From: an uncultured Acidobacteriota bacterium
GTDB taxonomy: Bacteria > Acidobacteriota > Terriglobia > UBA7540
DNA length: 64,000 nucleotides
Assembly (NCBI GenBank): GCA_963731705.1
Contig: CAVSWQ010000045.1
Location: 981 to 64,980 of the forward strand
Reading direction: 5' to 3'
In this document: in pieces, positions 10,673 to 20,124 of the stretch
Layout: each line of letters starts with the position of its first letter
Position numbering within the stretch: the stretch's first letter is position 1
The notes under the pieces: generated by a model
What the model was told of the DNA's origin: nothing
The model's database searches: none
What the model saw: the letters and a program-made list of their open reading frames with translations, nothing else
Translations under genes and position numbers: made by a program

Positions 10673-12055
10673 TTAATAGGATTCATTTTCCCGGTCGGTT
10701 GCCATGTTTTCAAAGCGGACGTACGACTTCATGAAAACGATGGGGATTTCTCCTGTAGGCCCGTTGCGCTGTTTTCCGATAATGAGCCTGGTTTCTTCTC
10801 CGCCGAAACCTTCCTCACCGTCTTCGCTTGAACGCCGTTCGCGGAAGATAAAGATCACCACGTCGGCGTCCTGCTCAATGGAGCCCGACTCGCGCAGGTC
10901 TGAAAGCATCGGCTTCTGCCCCGGGCGTTGTTCCGGAGCGCGGCTCAACTGCGAAAGGGCCAGGACGGGCACATTCAGTTCCTTTGCAATGCTCTTCAAT
11001 CCCCGCGAAATATAGCTGACTTCCTGGGTGCGGTTTTCGTATCGTCCGTGGCCGGTGGCAAGTTGAAGGTAGTCAATAATCAGCAGATCCAGGCCTTTTT
11101 CGGCCTTCAGCCTCCGCGCCTTGGCGCGGATCTGCATGATGCTGAGCGCCGGTGTATCCTCAATGTAAAGCGGTGCCTCCGCCAAACGGCCCAACGCCTG
11201 CGTCATTTTGGGCCAGTCATCCCGGGTGGTGAAACCTGACCGGAGTTTATGGCTGTCAATGCGCGCCTCTGAACAGAGAAGGCGGAGTGCGAGCGACTCT
11301 TTGCTCATTTCCAGCGAGAAGACGCCCACTTTCTTCGCACAATTGACGCAGGCATGCGCGGCAATATTCAAACACAACGCCGTCTTTCCCAGCGAGGGCC
11401 GTGCGGCAAGAATGATCAACTCGCCCGGCTGGAATCCCGACGTCATGTTGTCCAGCTCGATAAATCCGGTCTCGATACCAGTGACGCCATGGCCACGGTC
11501 GAGCAGCTTGTCCAGGTCGCCAAAACTGGCTTTAACAATCTCGTGAAGGCCAAGGAAACCCGACTGCGTCCTTTTCTCGGCGATTTCAAAAATCTGGCCC
11601 TGGGCCAGATCGATCAGTGTTTCGGGATCATCGACGCCTTCGAAGCACCGGGTGATAACGTTGTTTGAGGCATTGATCAGCCGCCGGACTAAAGATTTTT
11701 CCTTGATGATGCGCGAGTATTCTTCAATGCTTGCAGAAACACCGATGGGAATGCCGTCCGTCAGCGCCGCAAGGTATCCCGCCCCGCCCACTTTTTCCAG
11801 CAGCCCTTCTCGCGAAAGGTCCTCGGAAAGAGTGACCAAGTCAATGGTGCGGTTTTTCTCAGAAAGCAGCAGCATCTTTTCAAAGATGGTGCGATGCCCG
11901 TCTGAAAAGAAATCGTTCTTGTCGATGATTTCGAGGACCTGATTCAGCACACCGTTGTCCAGCAGGATGGAACCCAGCAAGGCGCGTTCTGCCTCAAGAT
12001 TGTGGGGAAAGGCTTTCTCGCTGACGGTAGTGCTTGCCATGGAGATCGGATCCAA
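10673..12055 (-). CDS. dnaB: replicative DNA helicase
   Basis: 460 aa. Begins PHNLEAERALLGSILLD, has Walker A AARPSLGKTA, and ends with the DnaB C-terminal RecA-like domain. Confidence 0.95.
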   Translation of the reverse strand: MDPISMASTTVSEKAFPHNLEAERALLGSILLDNGVLNQVLEIIDKNDFFSDGHRTIFEKMLLLSEKNRTIDLVTLSEDLSREGLLEKVGGAGYLAALTDGIPIGVSASIEEYSRIIKEKSLVRRLINASNNVITRCFEGVDDPETLIDLAQGQIFEIAEKRTQSGFLGLHEIVKASFGDLDKLLDRGHGVTGIETGFIELDNMTSGFQPGELIILAARPSLGKTALCLNIAAHACVNCAKKVGVFSLEMSKESLALRLLCSEARIDSHKLRSGFTTRDDWPKMTQALGRLAEAPLYIEDTPALSIMQIRAKARRLKAEKGLDLLIIDYLQLATGHGRYENRTQEVSYISRGLKSIAKELNVPVLALSQLSRAPEQRPGQKPMLSDLRESGSIEQDADVVIFIFRERRSSEDGEEGFGGEETRLIIGKQRNGPTGEIPIVFMKSYVRFENMATDRENESY

Positions 12056-12089
12056 AGACGGTGAATGTGCCGATTATACCAGCGAGGGG

Positions 12090-12164
12090 GAAAAACAAAA
12101 ATACCCTCTTTGCGACCCCGGCCTTCTGCCAGACAATTCCTGCCCTGCCGGGATCGCAAAGGGG
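12090..12164 (-). terminator. putative rho-independent terminator after rplI
   Basis: The minus strand reads CCCCTTTGCGATCCCGGC...GCCGGGGTCGCAAAGAGGG followed by TATTTTTGTTTTT. A TATAAT box (12073-12078, minus strand) follows, upstream of dnaB. Confidence 0.55.
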
Positions 12165-12180
12165 TTAGAAATTACTAAGA

Positions 12181-12840
12181 TTACGAAGTGGTCTCTTCGC
12201 TTTCGCCTTCAGCTTTGACTTCATCTTCAGCGCCGGCTTCAGCCAGGTCTTCGGCAACGCTGGCTTCGGCTTCGACTTCAGCGGCAGCGGTTTCCACTTC
12301 AGCAGCTTCGGGAGCGGCCTTGGCGGCAGCTTCGGCTTCAGCAGCCGCGGAAGCGGCCTTGGCTTCTCTTTCGCGAGCCGCCTCCAGCTCAGGATCGACC
12401 TCCGCCTCCACGCGCACCTTCACGATGATGGTCACGTCGCGGTGCAACCTGACCGGCACGTCGAACTCGCCGACAGACTTCAGAGGGCTGCCCAATTGGA
12501 TCTTGCGACGGCTGATCTTATAGCCCTGGGCCGCCAGGCCTTCCTCAATATCAATGGTGGTGACGGATCCGAAAAGCTGTCCCTTGTCGCCGCTTCGCCG
12601 TGTGGCCACAATTTCAATGCCTCCCATCAACTTGGCGAGGTCTTCGGACTCAGCCCGTTCCTTGGCTTCCAGTTTCAGGAAGCGCACGCGCTGCTGTTCA
12701 ACCCACTTGCGGTTCTGCGGGGTCGCGGCCACCGCTTTCTTTTGGGGCAGCAGATAATTCCGCCCATAGCCGTTCGCCACCTTCACCATCTGCCCGCGCG
12801 AACCGAGCGTTTCAATATTCTCAAGAAGAATAACTTCCAT
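12181..12840 (-). CDS. rplI: 50S ribosomal protein L9 with a long Ala/Glu-rich C-terminal extension
   Basis: The sequence MEVILLENIETLGSRGQMVKVANGYGRNYLLPQKKA is canonical L9. At 219 aa it is longer than the usual roughly 150 aa. Confidence 0.93.
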   Translation of the reverse strand: MEVILLENIETLGSRGQMVKVANGYGRNYLLPQKKAVAATPQNRKWVEQQRVRFLKLEAKERAESEDLAKLMGGIEIVATRRSGDKGQLFGSVTTIDIEEGLAAQGYKISRRKIQLGSPLKSVGEFDVPVRLHRDVTIIVKVRVEAEVDPELEAAREREAKAASAAAEAEAAAKAAPEAAEVETAAAEVEAEASVAEDLAEAGAEDEVKAEGESEETTS

Positions 12841-12923
12841 GTCGTGCCTCTCTCATCACCAGTTTTTCACCGCCGGCCCTTCCTGCCGACTTTTGGCCCC
12901 ACGTTCCATCTCCGTAATGGAAG

Positions 12924-13199
12924 CTAGACCTCTGCCGCAAAAGGAAGGAGGGCTATGTTGCGGGCCTGCTTGATGGCTTGGGTCAGCGCCCGCTGGTGCG
13001 GCGCGCAGGTCCCCGTCAGTCGCCGGGGCAGGATCTTCCCCCGCTCCGCCACAAACGGCCCGATCAGCCTGAGTTCCTTGTAGTCGATAAAATCGATCTT
13101 TTCCACACAGAACTTACAAACCTTGCGCCGGCGGAAATATTGCCGGCGACCACCCGGCCGCCTTGGACCGCCGCTTGACCTCGATCGATCATATGGCAT
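12924..13199 (-). CDS. rpsR: 30S ribosomal protein S18
   Basis: The internal ATG at 13199 gives a 91-aa product, [47 protein letters not shown]. The longer 132-aa ORF overlaps rpsF and is spurious. Confidence 0.9.
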   Translation of the reverse strand: MPYDRSRSSGGPRRPGGRRQYFRRRKVCKFCVEKIDFIDYKELRLIGPFVAERGKILPRRLTGTCAPHQRALTQAIKQARNIALLPFAAEV

Positions 13200-13212
13200 A
13201 ACTGTTTCTCCC

Positions 13213-13599
13213 TTAACTCTGAGTTGCTGTTTCTTGCCCGGCCTGGGACTCGGAAACCGGCGGCGCGGCCTTCTTCTTTGCGGCGGCTTTGGCTTCCGCC
13301 GCCGCTTTCTTGCGTTCGTCAACCCGCACGGTCAGGTACTTGATCACTGTGTCGGTCACCTTGAGCCGCCGCTCGAACTCCCGCACGGTGTCGCCGGTTC
13401 CTTCAAAAGTAAAGAGGATATAGATACCTTCTCGCTGCTTCTTCACACGGTAAGCCAGGCGGCGCCGACCCATCTTGTCGATCTTTTCCGTCTTTCCGCC
13501 GGCGCCTGAAACCACCGACTCCATCTGGGCGTTCAGCTTGTCGATTTCCTCCTCGGGAACGTCCGTCCGAGCGATAAACATCATTTCATATTTCGCCAT
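13213..13599 (-). CDS. rpsF: 30S ribosomal protein S6 (Lys/Ala-rich tail)
   Basis: The sequence [31 protein letters not shown] is the canonical S6 fold signature. Confidence 0.92.
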   Translation of the reverse strand: MAKYEMMFIARTDVPEEEIDKLNAQMESVVSGAGGKTEKIDKMGRRRLAYRVKKQREGIYILFTFEGTGDTVREFERRLKVTDTVIKYLTVRVDERKKAAAEAKAAAKKKAAPPVSESQAGQETATQS

Positions 13600-13605
13600 A
13601 ACTCC

Positions 13606-14229
13606 TCACAACTCCTCTGCTGGAACCTTTCGATTGAAAAGGTTCATTGCTTTGTCCACGCCTTCCTTCAGGATGACCCGAACAGCCTCGAGTGACTGAT
13701 CGATCATCCCTGCCACTGCTTCCTGGTCCCTCTCACCAAAAGGAGTCAGGACGTAAGAGATCAGGTCTTCAACCGGCCTATCGGGTCCCGCTCCCATCCG
13801 GACCCGCGTAAAGATGTCTGTCTCCAAGGCGCCGATCACGGACTTCAATCCATTGTGGCCGCCCGCGCTCCCCTTCTTGCGAATTCGCAACGAGCCCAGG
13901 GGAAGATCGACATCGTCCACCAGAACGATCAGGTCATCGAGGGGCACGTCCAAGGTCCGCAACAAGCCGATAACAGAAACCCCGCTCAGGTTCACAAACG
14001 TCTGAGGCTTGGCCAGAACCACCTTCTCGCCGTGAAATCTGGCCGAGGCCACTCTCGCCCGGGCTTCGCGGCGTGAGAAATCCGCCCTGCACATTTCCGC
14101 CAAGCGGTCAACAGCCATAAACCCCAGATTGTGGGGCGTCAAATGGTACTCGTACCCGGGGTTCCCCAGACCCACAATCAGTTTCACCCCGCCGCTACCA
14201 TTCCCTTCTGTGCCGGTGCGCCCTGGCAA
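13606..14229 (-). CDS. pth: peptidyl-tRNA hydrolase
   Basis: Contains the LIVGLGNPGYEYHLTPHNLGF motif. The true start may be the GTG at 14187 (VKLIVGLGNPG). Confidence 0.9.
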   Translation of the reverse strand: MPGRTGTEGNGSGGVKLIVGLGNPGYEYHLTPHNLGFMAVDRLAEMCRADFSRREARARVASARFHGEKVVLAKPQTFVNLSGVSVIGLLRTLDVPLDDLIVLVDDVDLPLGSLRIRKKGSAGGHNGLKSVIGALETDIFTRVRMGAGPDRPVEDLISYVLTPFGERDQEAVAGMIDQSLEAVRVILKEGVDKAMNLFNRKVPAEEL

Positions 14230-14238
14230 TCACCGGGC

Positions 14239-14961
14239 TTATCTCTTTTCCTTCTTGCCTTCCGGCTTGGCGGCTTCTTTCTTCTCTTCCTTGCCTTCCT
14301 CGGCGCCTTCTTCCTCGGTCTTGCGCTTGCGGATCAACTCGGGCTCGGCCGCAGCCTCCGCCACGGGCGCAACCTCTTCCGCCGCAGGCGCAGCTTCCGT
14401 CTTCGGCGGCACCACGTGGGCCACAACGCGGCCGGGCTCAGCCAGCACTTTCACGCTCGCTGCCACCGGAAGATCGGAAACTCGAAGCTGTCGACCGATC
14501 ACCAGCTCAGACACGTCCACCGTGATGTGCTCCGGGATATCATCCGGAAGACACTCAACTTCAACTTCGCGCAGGATAAACTCGAACACACCGCCCTGGA
14601 TCTTCACGCCCTCGGGTTCGCCCGTCACCCGGACCGGGATACGAACCCGCAACTTCTCGTCGCGGGCAATCCGGACCATGTCCACGTGCAGCAGGCCGCC
14701 GTGGATGGGTTCCCACTGCCATTCTCGGAGCATGACCCGCGCAGGGGCCTTTTCCGGAATCTGCAGCGTAAAGATGGCGTTGTGGCCAGCCTCAGAACGC
14801 AGAATTCGGACGATCGCTTTGGGATCAACGGCAACCGAAACGGCAGGACCTCCGCCACCGTACACAACCCCGGGAATGCGGCCCGAATACCGCAGGCGCC
14901 GCGCGGCGTTCTTGCCGAACGTTTCGCGCGCTTCAGCTTCAACATTGAACATCTCAACCAT
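14239..14961 (-). CDS. rplY: 50S ribosomal protein L25/general stress protein Ctc
   Basis: 240 aa. Contains RETFGKNAARRLRYSGRIPGVVYGGG and a K/E-rich tail. Confidence 0.9.
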   Translation of the reverse strand: MVEMFNVEAEARETFGKNAARRLRYSGRIPGVVYGGGGPAVSVAVDPKAIVRILRSEAGHNAIFTLQIPEKAPARVMLREWQWEPIHGGLLHVDMVRIARDEKLRVRIPVRVTGEPEGVKIQGGVFEFILREVEVECLPDDIPEHITVDVSELVIGRQLRVSDLPVAASVKVLAEPGRVVAHVVPPKTEAAPAAEEVAPVAEAAAEPELIRKRKTEEEGAEEGKEEKKEAAKPEGKKEKR

Positions 14962-15018
14962 AATTATTTACACCTCAAAACATCTTAAAAGTCATACGCA
15001 AACCAGCCGATCGGGAAC

Positions 15019-15972
15019 TCAAATAAACAGCTTGCTCACCGAAGTTTCTTTGTAGATGGACTTGATAGCGTCCGCCAGCAGTTTTGCCACACTCAGAACT
15101 TTGATGCGCTCACACGCCCGAGCTTCAGGCAGCAGCGGGATAGAATTGGTCGCCACCACCTGTTCCAGCGGCGAATCCATGATATTGTGGATGGCATTTC
15201 CGGCAAAAACCCCGTGGGTGCAGCACGCTAGGACCCTGCTCGCGCCCTTTCCCTTCAGGGCCTTTGCGCCTTTGGCCAGCGTGCCGCCCGTCCCGATCAT
15301 GTCATCCACAATCAAACAGGTCTTGCCTTCCACTTCGCCGATCACGTTAAACATCTCAACAACGTCCGCATCCTCGCGCCGCTTATCGATGATGGCCAGG
15401 GGCACCCGCAACCGCTTGGCGAAAGCCCGGGCCCGTTCAACGCCGCCCGTGTCCGGAGAAACAACCACCAGGTTCTTCAGCCGCAGCTTCCGGAAATAAC
15501 CCACCGTCACCGGCGTCGCGTATAGGTGATCGACGGGAATATCAAAATAGCCCTGGATCTGCCCCGCGTGCAGGTCCAGCGCCAGCACCCGGTTGGCCCC
15601 CGCAGAAGTCAGCAGGTCAGCCACCAGCTTGGCGGAGATGGGCACGCGCGGCCGGTCTTTCCGGTCCTGCCGCGCATAGCCATAATAGGGCATCACCGTG
15701 GTAATCCGATAGGCGGAAGCGCGCCGCAGCGCGTCCAGAATAATCAGCAGTTCAACCAGGTTTTCATTCACCGGGCGGCAGGTCGGCTGCACCACAAAAA
15801 CGTCCGCTCCGCGAACGTTCTCCTTGATCTGCAGCCGCACTTCGCCGTCGGGAAAGCGGCTGACGTTCATCCGCGCCAGGGGGACATCCAGGTGCTGGCA
15901 GATTTCCCGAGCCAGCGCCGGATGGGCGTTCCCGGTCAGGATTTTCAACGCGTGATGAATTCGGTCAGCCAT
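15019..15972 (-). CDS. prs: ribose-phosphate pyrophosphokinase
   Basis: 317 aa. Contains the PYYGYARQDRK and DLHAGQIQGYF motifs and a PRPP-binding loop, VDDMIGTGGT. Confidence 0.95.
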   Translation of the reverse strand: MADRIHHALKILTGNAHPALAREICQHLDVPLARMNVSRFPDGEVRLQIKENVRGADVFVVQPTCRPVNENLVELLIILDALRRASAYRITTVMPYYGYARQDRKDRPRVPISAKLVADLLTSAGANRVLALDLHAGQIQGYFDIPVDHLYATPVTVGYFRKLRLKNLVVVSPDTGGVERARAFAKRLRVPLAIIDKRREDADVVEMFNVIGEVEGKTCLIVDDMIGTGGTLAKGAKALKGKGASRVLACCTHGVFAGNAIHNIMDSPLEQVVATNSIPLLPEARACERIKVLSVAKLLADAIKSIYKETSVSKLFI

Positions 15973-16007
15973 CGCCTCTACCTTTGCTTCACGTCAGTTT
16001 CTGAATC

Positions 16008-16081
16008 TGGCTGGGAGGCCTGGATTCGAACCAGAGTTCCATGCTCCAAAGGCATGTGTCCTACCACTGGACGACCTCCCA
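16008..16081 (-). tRNA. tRNA-Gln (anticodon UUG), CCA encoded
   Basis: I folded the minus-strand sequence by hand into a cloverleaf. The acceptor is TGGGAGG/CCTCCCA, the D arm GTCC/GGAC and the anticodon stem CATGC/GCATG with loop CTTTGGA. The T arm is TCTGG-TTCGAAT-CCAGG, the discriminator is G, and CCA follows. Confidence 0.9.
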
Positions 16082-16178
16082 GCATCCTGACCCAGGAACA
16101 GAGACAATCCCTTGTCTCCCGCCTTTCGTTCCCGACTCTCCCCGTGCCGGGACTGGCAACCGTTCCAGGCCTGTTCCG

Positions 16179-17069
16179 TCAGGCAAAAAGCCGCCGCAGA
16201 TACACGGCGCGAGGAAGGGTCCGGACCTTAAAAACCTTCCATCCGGCGGGCATCCGAGTTGCCGCTCGATTCAGTTGTTGGGCAGATTCGTAGACGGCGT
16301 ATAGCGCTGAACCGCTACCCGTCAAGGAGGCTGTTTCGGCCCCGGCCCGGATAAGCTGGCGCTTCACCTTTGCCAGCTCAGGCCACCTCGCGAAAACGAA
16401 TCCTTCAAAATCGTTTTCGGCCGGCCCCCACGCTTCCAGGGGAAAAGGTGACCGCATGCCCAAAGAATTAATTCTACGGCCTTCAGCCCGCCCCGTCAAC
16501 CGCAAACCCAGGGCCCCATAAGCTTCCGCGGTGGAAACAGAGAAGCCCGGGAAGGCAATCAGGCAATGACGGGCGGGAAGGTCCGTCAGGGGAAAAACCT
16601 CTTCGCCGCGGCCGCAGCCCAGCACGCGTCCTCCCAGAAGAAACAAAGGAACGTCGGACCCGAGCTTCGCGGCCATCTGCAGGCAAGCCGCAGATTCCAG
16701 GCGGTTTCCGGAAAGGCGCTCCAGTGCCAGCAGGGTGGCCGCCGCATCACTGCTGCCGCCGCCCAGCCCGGCGCCCATGGGAATCTTCTTTTCAAGCCGA
16801 AGGCTGATGCCACCCTTAAAACCGCGCGCCCGCCGCCACAACTCGGCGGCGCGGTAAACCAGGTTTGCCCGCCCCGAAGAAAGCTCCTGGTGCTCACACT
16901 CCAGGCGGATGCCGTTCTTTCCTGAAGATAGGCTGATCTGCAGCCGGTCTGCCAGCCCTACCGTCTGGTAAACCGTGCGGATTTCGTGGAAGCCGTCCGG
17001 CCGTTTGCCGAGGATTTTGAGTCCGACGTTAATCTTGGCAAAAGCGCGGGCTTGGACAGTTTTCAGCAA
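16179..17069 (-). CDS. ispE: 4-(cytidine 5'-diphospho)-2-C-methyl-D-erythritol kinase
   Basis: 296 aa. Contains AFAKINVGLKILGKRPDGFHEI and the GHMP kinase motif PMGAGLGGGSSDAA. Confidence 0.92.
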   Translation of the reverse strand: MLKTVQARAFAKINVGLKILGKRPDGFHEIRTVYQTVGLADRLQISLSSGKNGIRLECEHQELSSGRANLVYRAAELWRRARGFKGGISLRLEKKIPMGAGLGGGSSDAAATLLALERLSGNRLESAACLQMAAKLGSDVPLFLLGGRVLGCGRGEEVFPLTDLPARHCLIAFPGFSVSTAEAYGALGLRLTGRAEGRRINSLGMRSPFPLEAWGPAENDFEGFVFARWPELAKVKRQLIRAGAETASLTGSGSALYAVYESAQQLNRAATRMPAGWKVFKVRTLPRAVYLRRLFA

Positions 17070-17138
17070 GGAAAGTGGCAGGTTGTTGTTCGATTTCAGA
17101 CGATGAAGAAAACCCGGGCCCCGGGCTGAGTGCCGGCG

Positions 17139-19226
17139 CTAATGGTTGCCCACGGCAGCTTCGGGCCGACCGATCTGGCGCTTCAGGTTGTTCACCTGCC
17201 TGCGGAGCTTGGCAGCCTGATGGGGGCCAAAGTCGTTCGAAACGCTCTTGCTCTGAAATTTCAAAGCTCGCTCCCATTCCTGAAGCGCTTTGGCCTTTTC
17301 GCCCAGCGCCAGGTAAACGTATCCCAGGTGCTCGCGAATGGTCGGATCATTGGGAATCAGCTTCACGGCTTTTTCCAGCGAGCCCTGGGCCATGTCGTTG
17401 CGGTTCATTTTGTGATAGGCCCATCCCAGACTGTCGAGGTAAGCACCGTTGTTCGGCTCAATCTTGAGCGCGTCCTTGATGTACTTGACGGACTCATCCA
17501 GCCGCACACCACGGTCCGCCAGCATGTATCCCAGATAGTTCGCCGCGGCATCGTTCAAGGGATCTACCGCCAGAACCCTCTTGAACTGCTCTTCGGCCAG
17601 GTCATACTTCTTTTGACGCTCGTAAATGGAGCCCAGCATGAATCGGGCATATTCCTGGTCTTCCGGATTGTCGCTCAGATCCAAGGTCTTCTGGATGGCC
17701 GCTTCGGCCTTCGGGTAAACCTTGGCCTGGGAGTAGATCTGCGCAATGGACAGATAGATGTCACGGTCGTCCGGACTGCCGGTCAGCATCTTTTCCAGCT
17801 GCGCCACGGCCTCATCCTGATGCCCCTCCTGCCCCAGCAGCGAGGCCCGCAGCATCAGGAGTTCGCGGTTTTGGGGATACTTCTTGAGAGCGGCATCGGC
17901 CACCTGGAGGGCCTTATGGTTCTGATGGTCCAGTTGGAGCGTTTCAATAATCAGGGCTTCGCCGCGCGGTGCCTGGTCGCCGCCCAGCGCGACAATGCGC
18001 TGAAAGATGGCAGAGGCCTTCTCATAGTTTTCCTGGGAGCGATAGATCGCGCCCAGCCGTTGCAGATAAATAGCGCGATTGTTGGCTTCTGCGGGATTAT
18101 ATTTCCCGTCCGGCTTCTCGGTTTTCTTCAGGACTTCTTCCAGCAGGTTGATCGCCTTCGAATCATTGCCCAGGGTGTCTTCAAGAATCGCTTCCCGATA
18201 AGGAATTTCAGGATCGTCGGGTGAAAGCGCCCGCGCCTGTTCCAGTTCTTTCCGCGCTTCGTCAAAGTTTCCCATTTGCATGTCGAGTTGCGACAGCCGG
18301 ACGTAAGACATGGGAGCCTGAGGATCGGACTTGACGATCGCCTGCAATTGCGCCCGAGCGTCCTGCATCTTGCCCTGGGCTATTAACGCTTCGGCGTAGG
18401 CGCGCCGGATATCCTCACTGTCCGGCTCCCGCTTCAAGGCATCGTTGAATACGTCCTCAGCTTTACTGAAATCACGTTTCCGTGCGTACGAGTTCCCCAG
18501 CAGATACAACAACGCGGGGTCCATCCTGCTATCCGGGATGTTCCCCAGCAAGGTAATGATCTTGTTATAGTCGCCCTGGTCATAATAGAGCTGGGTCAAG
18601 TTCACCAATACATTGCGCGAATCCGGGTTGGCAGAAAGCACCTTCTCAAAGAGTGCTTCAGCTTTGTGCGGCTGGTTGTTGGCCTTGTAAAGCCTGCCCA
18701 GCATCAGAGCCGATTGCGCATCGCTCGGATCAAGCCGGTGCACGGTTTCAAATTCGCTAATGGTCTTATTCAGCATCTCCTGGCTGGTCCCGCCTGAATT
18801 CGAATTGCCCAGAGAACTCAGGTAGACTCGGGCGAGCAGGCGGTGGGCCTGAACGTCGTCAGGATTCTCTTTCAGCACAGCCTGGACTTCTTTGACAGCG
18901 TCCTGGATGCGGCTGGCGCGCCAGTAGAGCTCGGCGAGTTGCACGCGCAGGAAAAGTGACCCGGGATCGTCTGCAATGGCCTTCTGGTATTCGGTAATCG
19001 CGCGTTCAACGTAATCGCTGCGATTGTAAATGCCAGCCAGGTCCTTATACCGTTGCGCCAGCATGTAGTGGTAATAAGCACCCGCATGGTCCGGACTGAC
19101 TGCAGCCTGGTTTGCGTCACTGCCGGCCTTTTTCTGTGCAGGAGATTGCGCACCAGACACAGCCACCGCCGCAAACAGGACAAGGCCGACACCAGCCGCC
19201 CCCAGTCTTATTCTTTTTGTTGTCAT
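17139..19226 (-). CDS. secreted tetratricopeptide-repeat (TPR) protein
   Basis: Start chosen at MTTKRIRLGAAGVGLVLFAAVAVSG, a signal-like sequence. About 15 TPR-like 34-aa repeats run throughout. Confidence 0.8.
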   Translation of the reverse strand: MTTKRIRLGAAGVGLVLFAAVAVSGAQSPAQKKAGSDANQAAVSPDHAGAYYHYMLAQRYKDLAGIYNRSDYVERAITEYQKAIADDPGSLFLRVQLAELYWRASRIQDAVKEVQAVLKENPDDVQAHRLLARVYLSSLGNSNSGGTSQEMLNKTISEFETVHRLDPSDAQSALMLGRLYKANNQPHKAEALFEKVLSANPDSRNVLVNLTQLYYDQGDYNKIITLLGNIPDSRMDPALLYLLGNSYARKRDFSKAEDVFNDALKREPDSEDIRRAYAEALIAQGKMQDARAQLQAIVKSDPQAPMSYVRLSQLDMQMGNFDEARKELEQARALSPDDPEIPYREAILEDTLGNDSKAINLLEEVLKKTEKPDGKYNPAEANNRAIYLQRLGAIYRSQENYEKASAIFQRIVALGGDQAPRGEALIIETLQLDHQNHKALQVADAALKKYPQNRELLMLRASLLGQEGHQDEAVAQLEKMLTGSPDDRDIYLSIAQIYSQAKVYPKAEAAIQKTLDLSDNPEDQEYARFMLGSIYERQKKYDLAEEQFKRVLAVDPLNDAAANYLGYMLADRGVRLDESVKYIKDALKIEPNNGAYLDSLGWAYHKMNRNDMAQGSLEKAVKLIPNDPTIREHLGYVYLALGEKAKALQEWERALKFQSKSVSNDFGPHQAAKLRRQVNNLKRQIGRPEAAVGNH

Positions 19227-20124
19227 TCTGCGCTTCGCCCTTTTAGTACTAACTTCCGAATTATCGCACAGCGTCAAGCAGGGTGTCAAAAGTGAAGGCG
19301 ATCCAAATTCAGAGCCGTAGGGACGAGGTCGACCGGGTGGCAGGTGCTGCCGCTTGCCGTGTTTTTCTGCGACCTCGGCAGCAAGTGGCTCTTATGTTCA
19401 TTCTCATTCCCGCCATGCCAAACCAGGCACCTCGGGGTAACACGTGCCGCTGTTTTTGAGGTCTGCGGCATTAATCATGATGGCCCGTAAAGTCATTCAG
19501 AATCTCCAGGCGGGTGGATGCAGGAGGAATCGCTAACCTCAAAAGCCGAAACTCCGTCCTGATAAGGCATCCCGGCAGGAAAAAAATTGCGCACTCGAGC
19601 TGCGGGACTCCACCGCTAAGTTCCCGATCACTGTCAGCCGGAAGATACCCGACCCAGCCCCTAACCGGCTGAAAACGTTGCTTTTTCACCTTGTGAGCCG
19701 GGATCAGGGCTTCGATCGACCCCGGCAGCGATTGAAGCAGTAGAATCGGCCAGTCTCATAGTTCGCCACCGGAAACAAGTTGCGCAGCTGTGGGCTCGGG
19801 TCTGCTGATGGAAGCTTACCTTGGAAGAAAGCCAGAAGCTAGACCAATTCACGTAACGTATTGAAACCAGATACCAACCGTGGTTCCCGGCGGAGCAGAC
19901 TCCGGATTCGGCGGGTCAGCGTGCGGAACCTCCAGTTTGGAAACGCAAGTGCTCGGTAGGCCTGTCAGGAAGGCGGGCGTGTGTCGGTGCGGGGCGACTG
20001 CCGAAGGGCTGATGCGTACGCACGGGACCCATCTGCCTGAAACGCCTGATAGCAGGCAAATCCACAAGGGACAAACAGATCACGTGTGCCTGTCGGTTTC
20101 ACCGGCAGGAGAAGGGTAGCGCAG

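Noticed and set aside
12924-13322. 132-aa version of the S18 ORF with an Arg/Pro-rich N-terminal extension
   Set aside because: The extension overlaps the 3' end of rpsF in another frame. The internal ATG at 13199 gives a normal-length S18 with its own spacing after rpsF.
17130-18224. 364-aa plus-strand ORF inside the TPR gene
   Set aside because: It is the antisense frame of a repeat-rich gene. It has no motif and no SD.
19290-20124. RNase P RNA, tmRNA, SRP RNA or a cobalamin/ZTP riboswitch in the 0.8-kb gap
   Set aside because: I looked on both strands for the hallmark strings and found none: GAGGAAAGTCCGG and ACAGAACCCGGCTTA (RNase P), GGTTCGA.TCC...CCACCA plus a tag ORF (tmRNA), GGAAGCAGCC (SRP RNA) and GCCACTG (B12 box). 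There were only weak partial resemblances. The region is kept as an unexplained finding, not as an RNA call.
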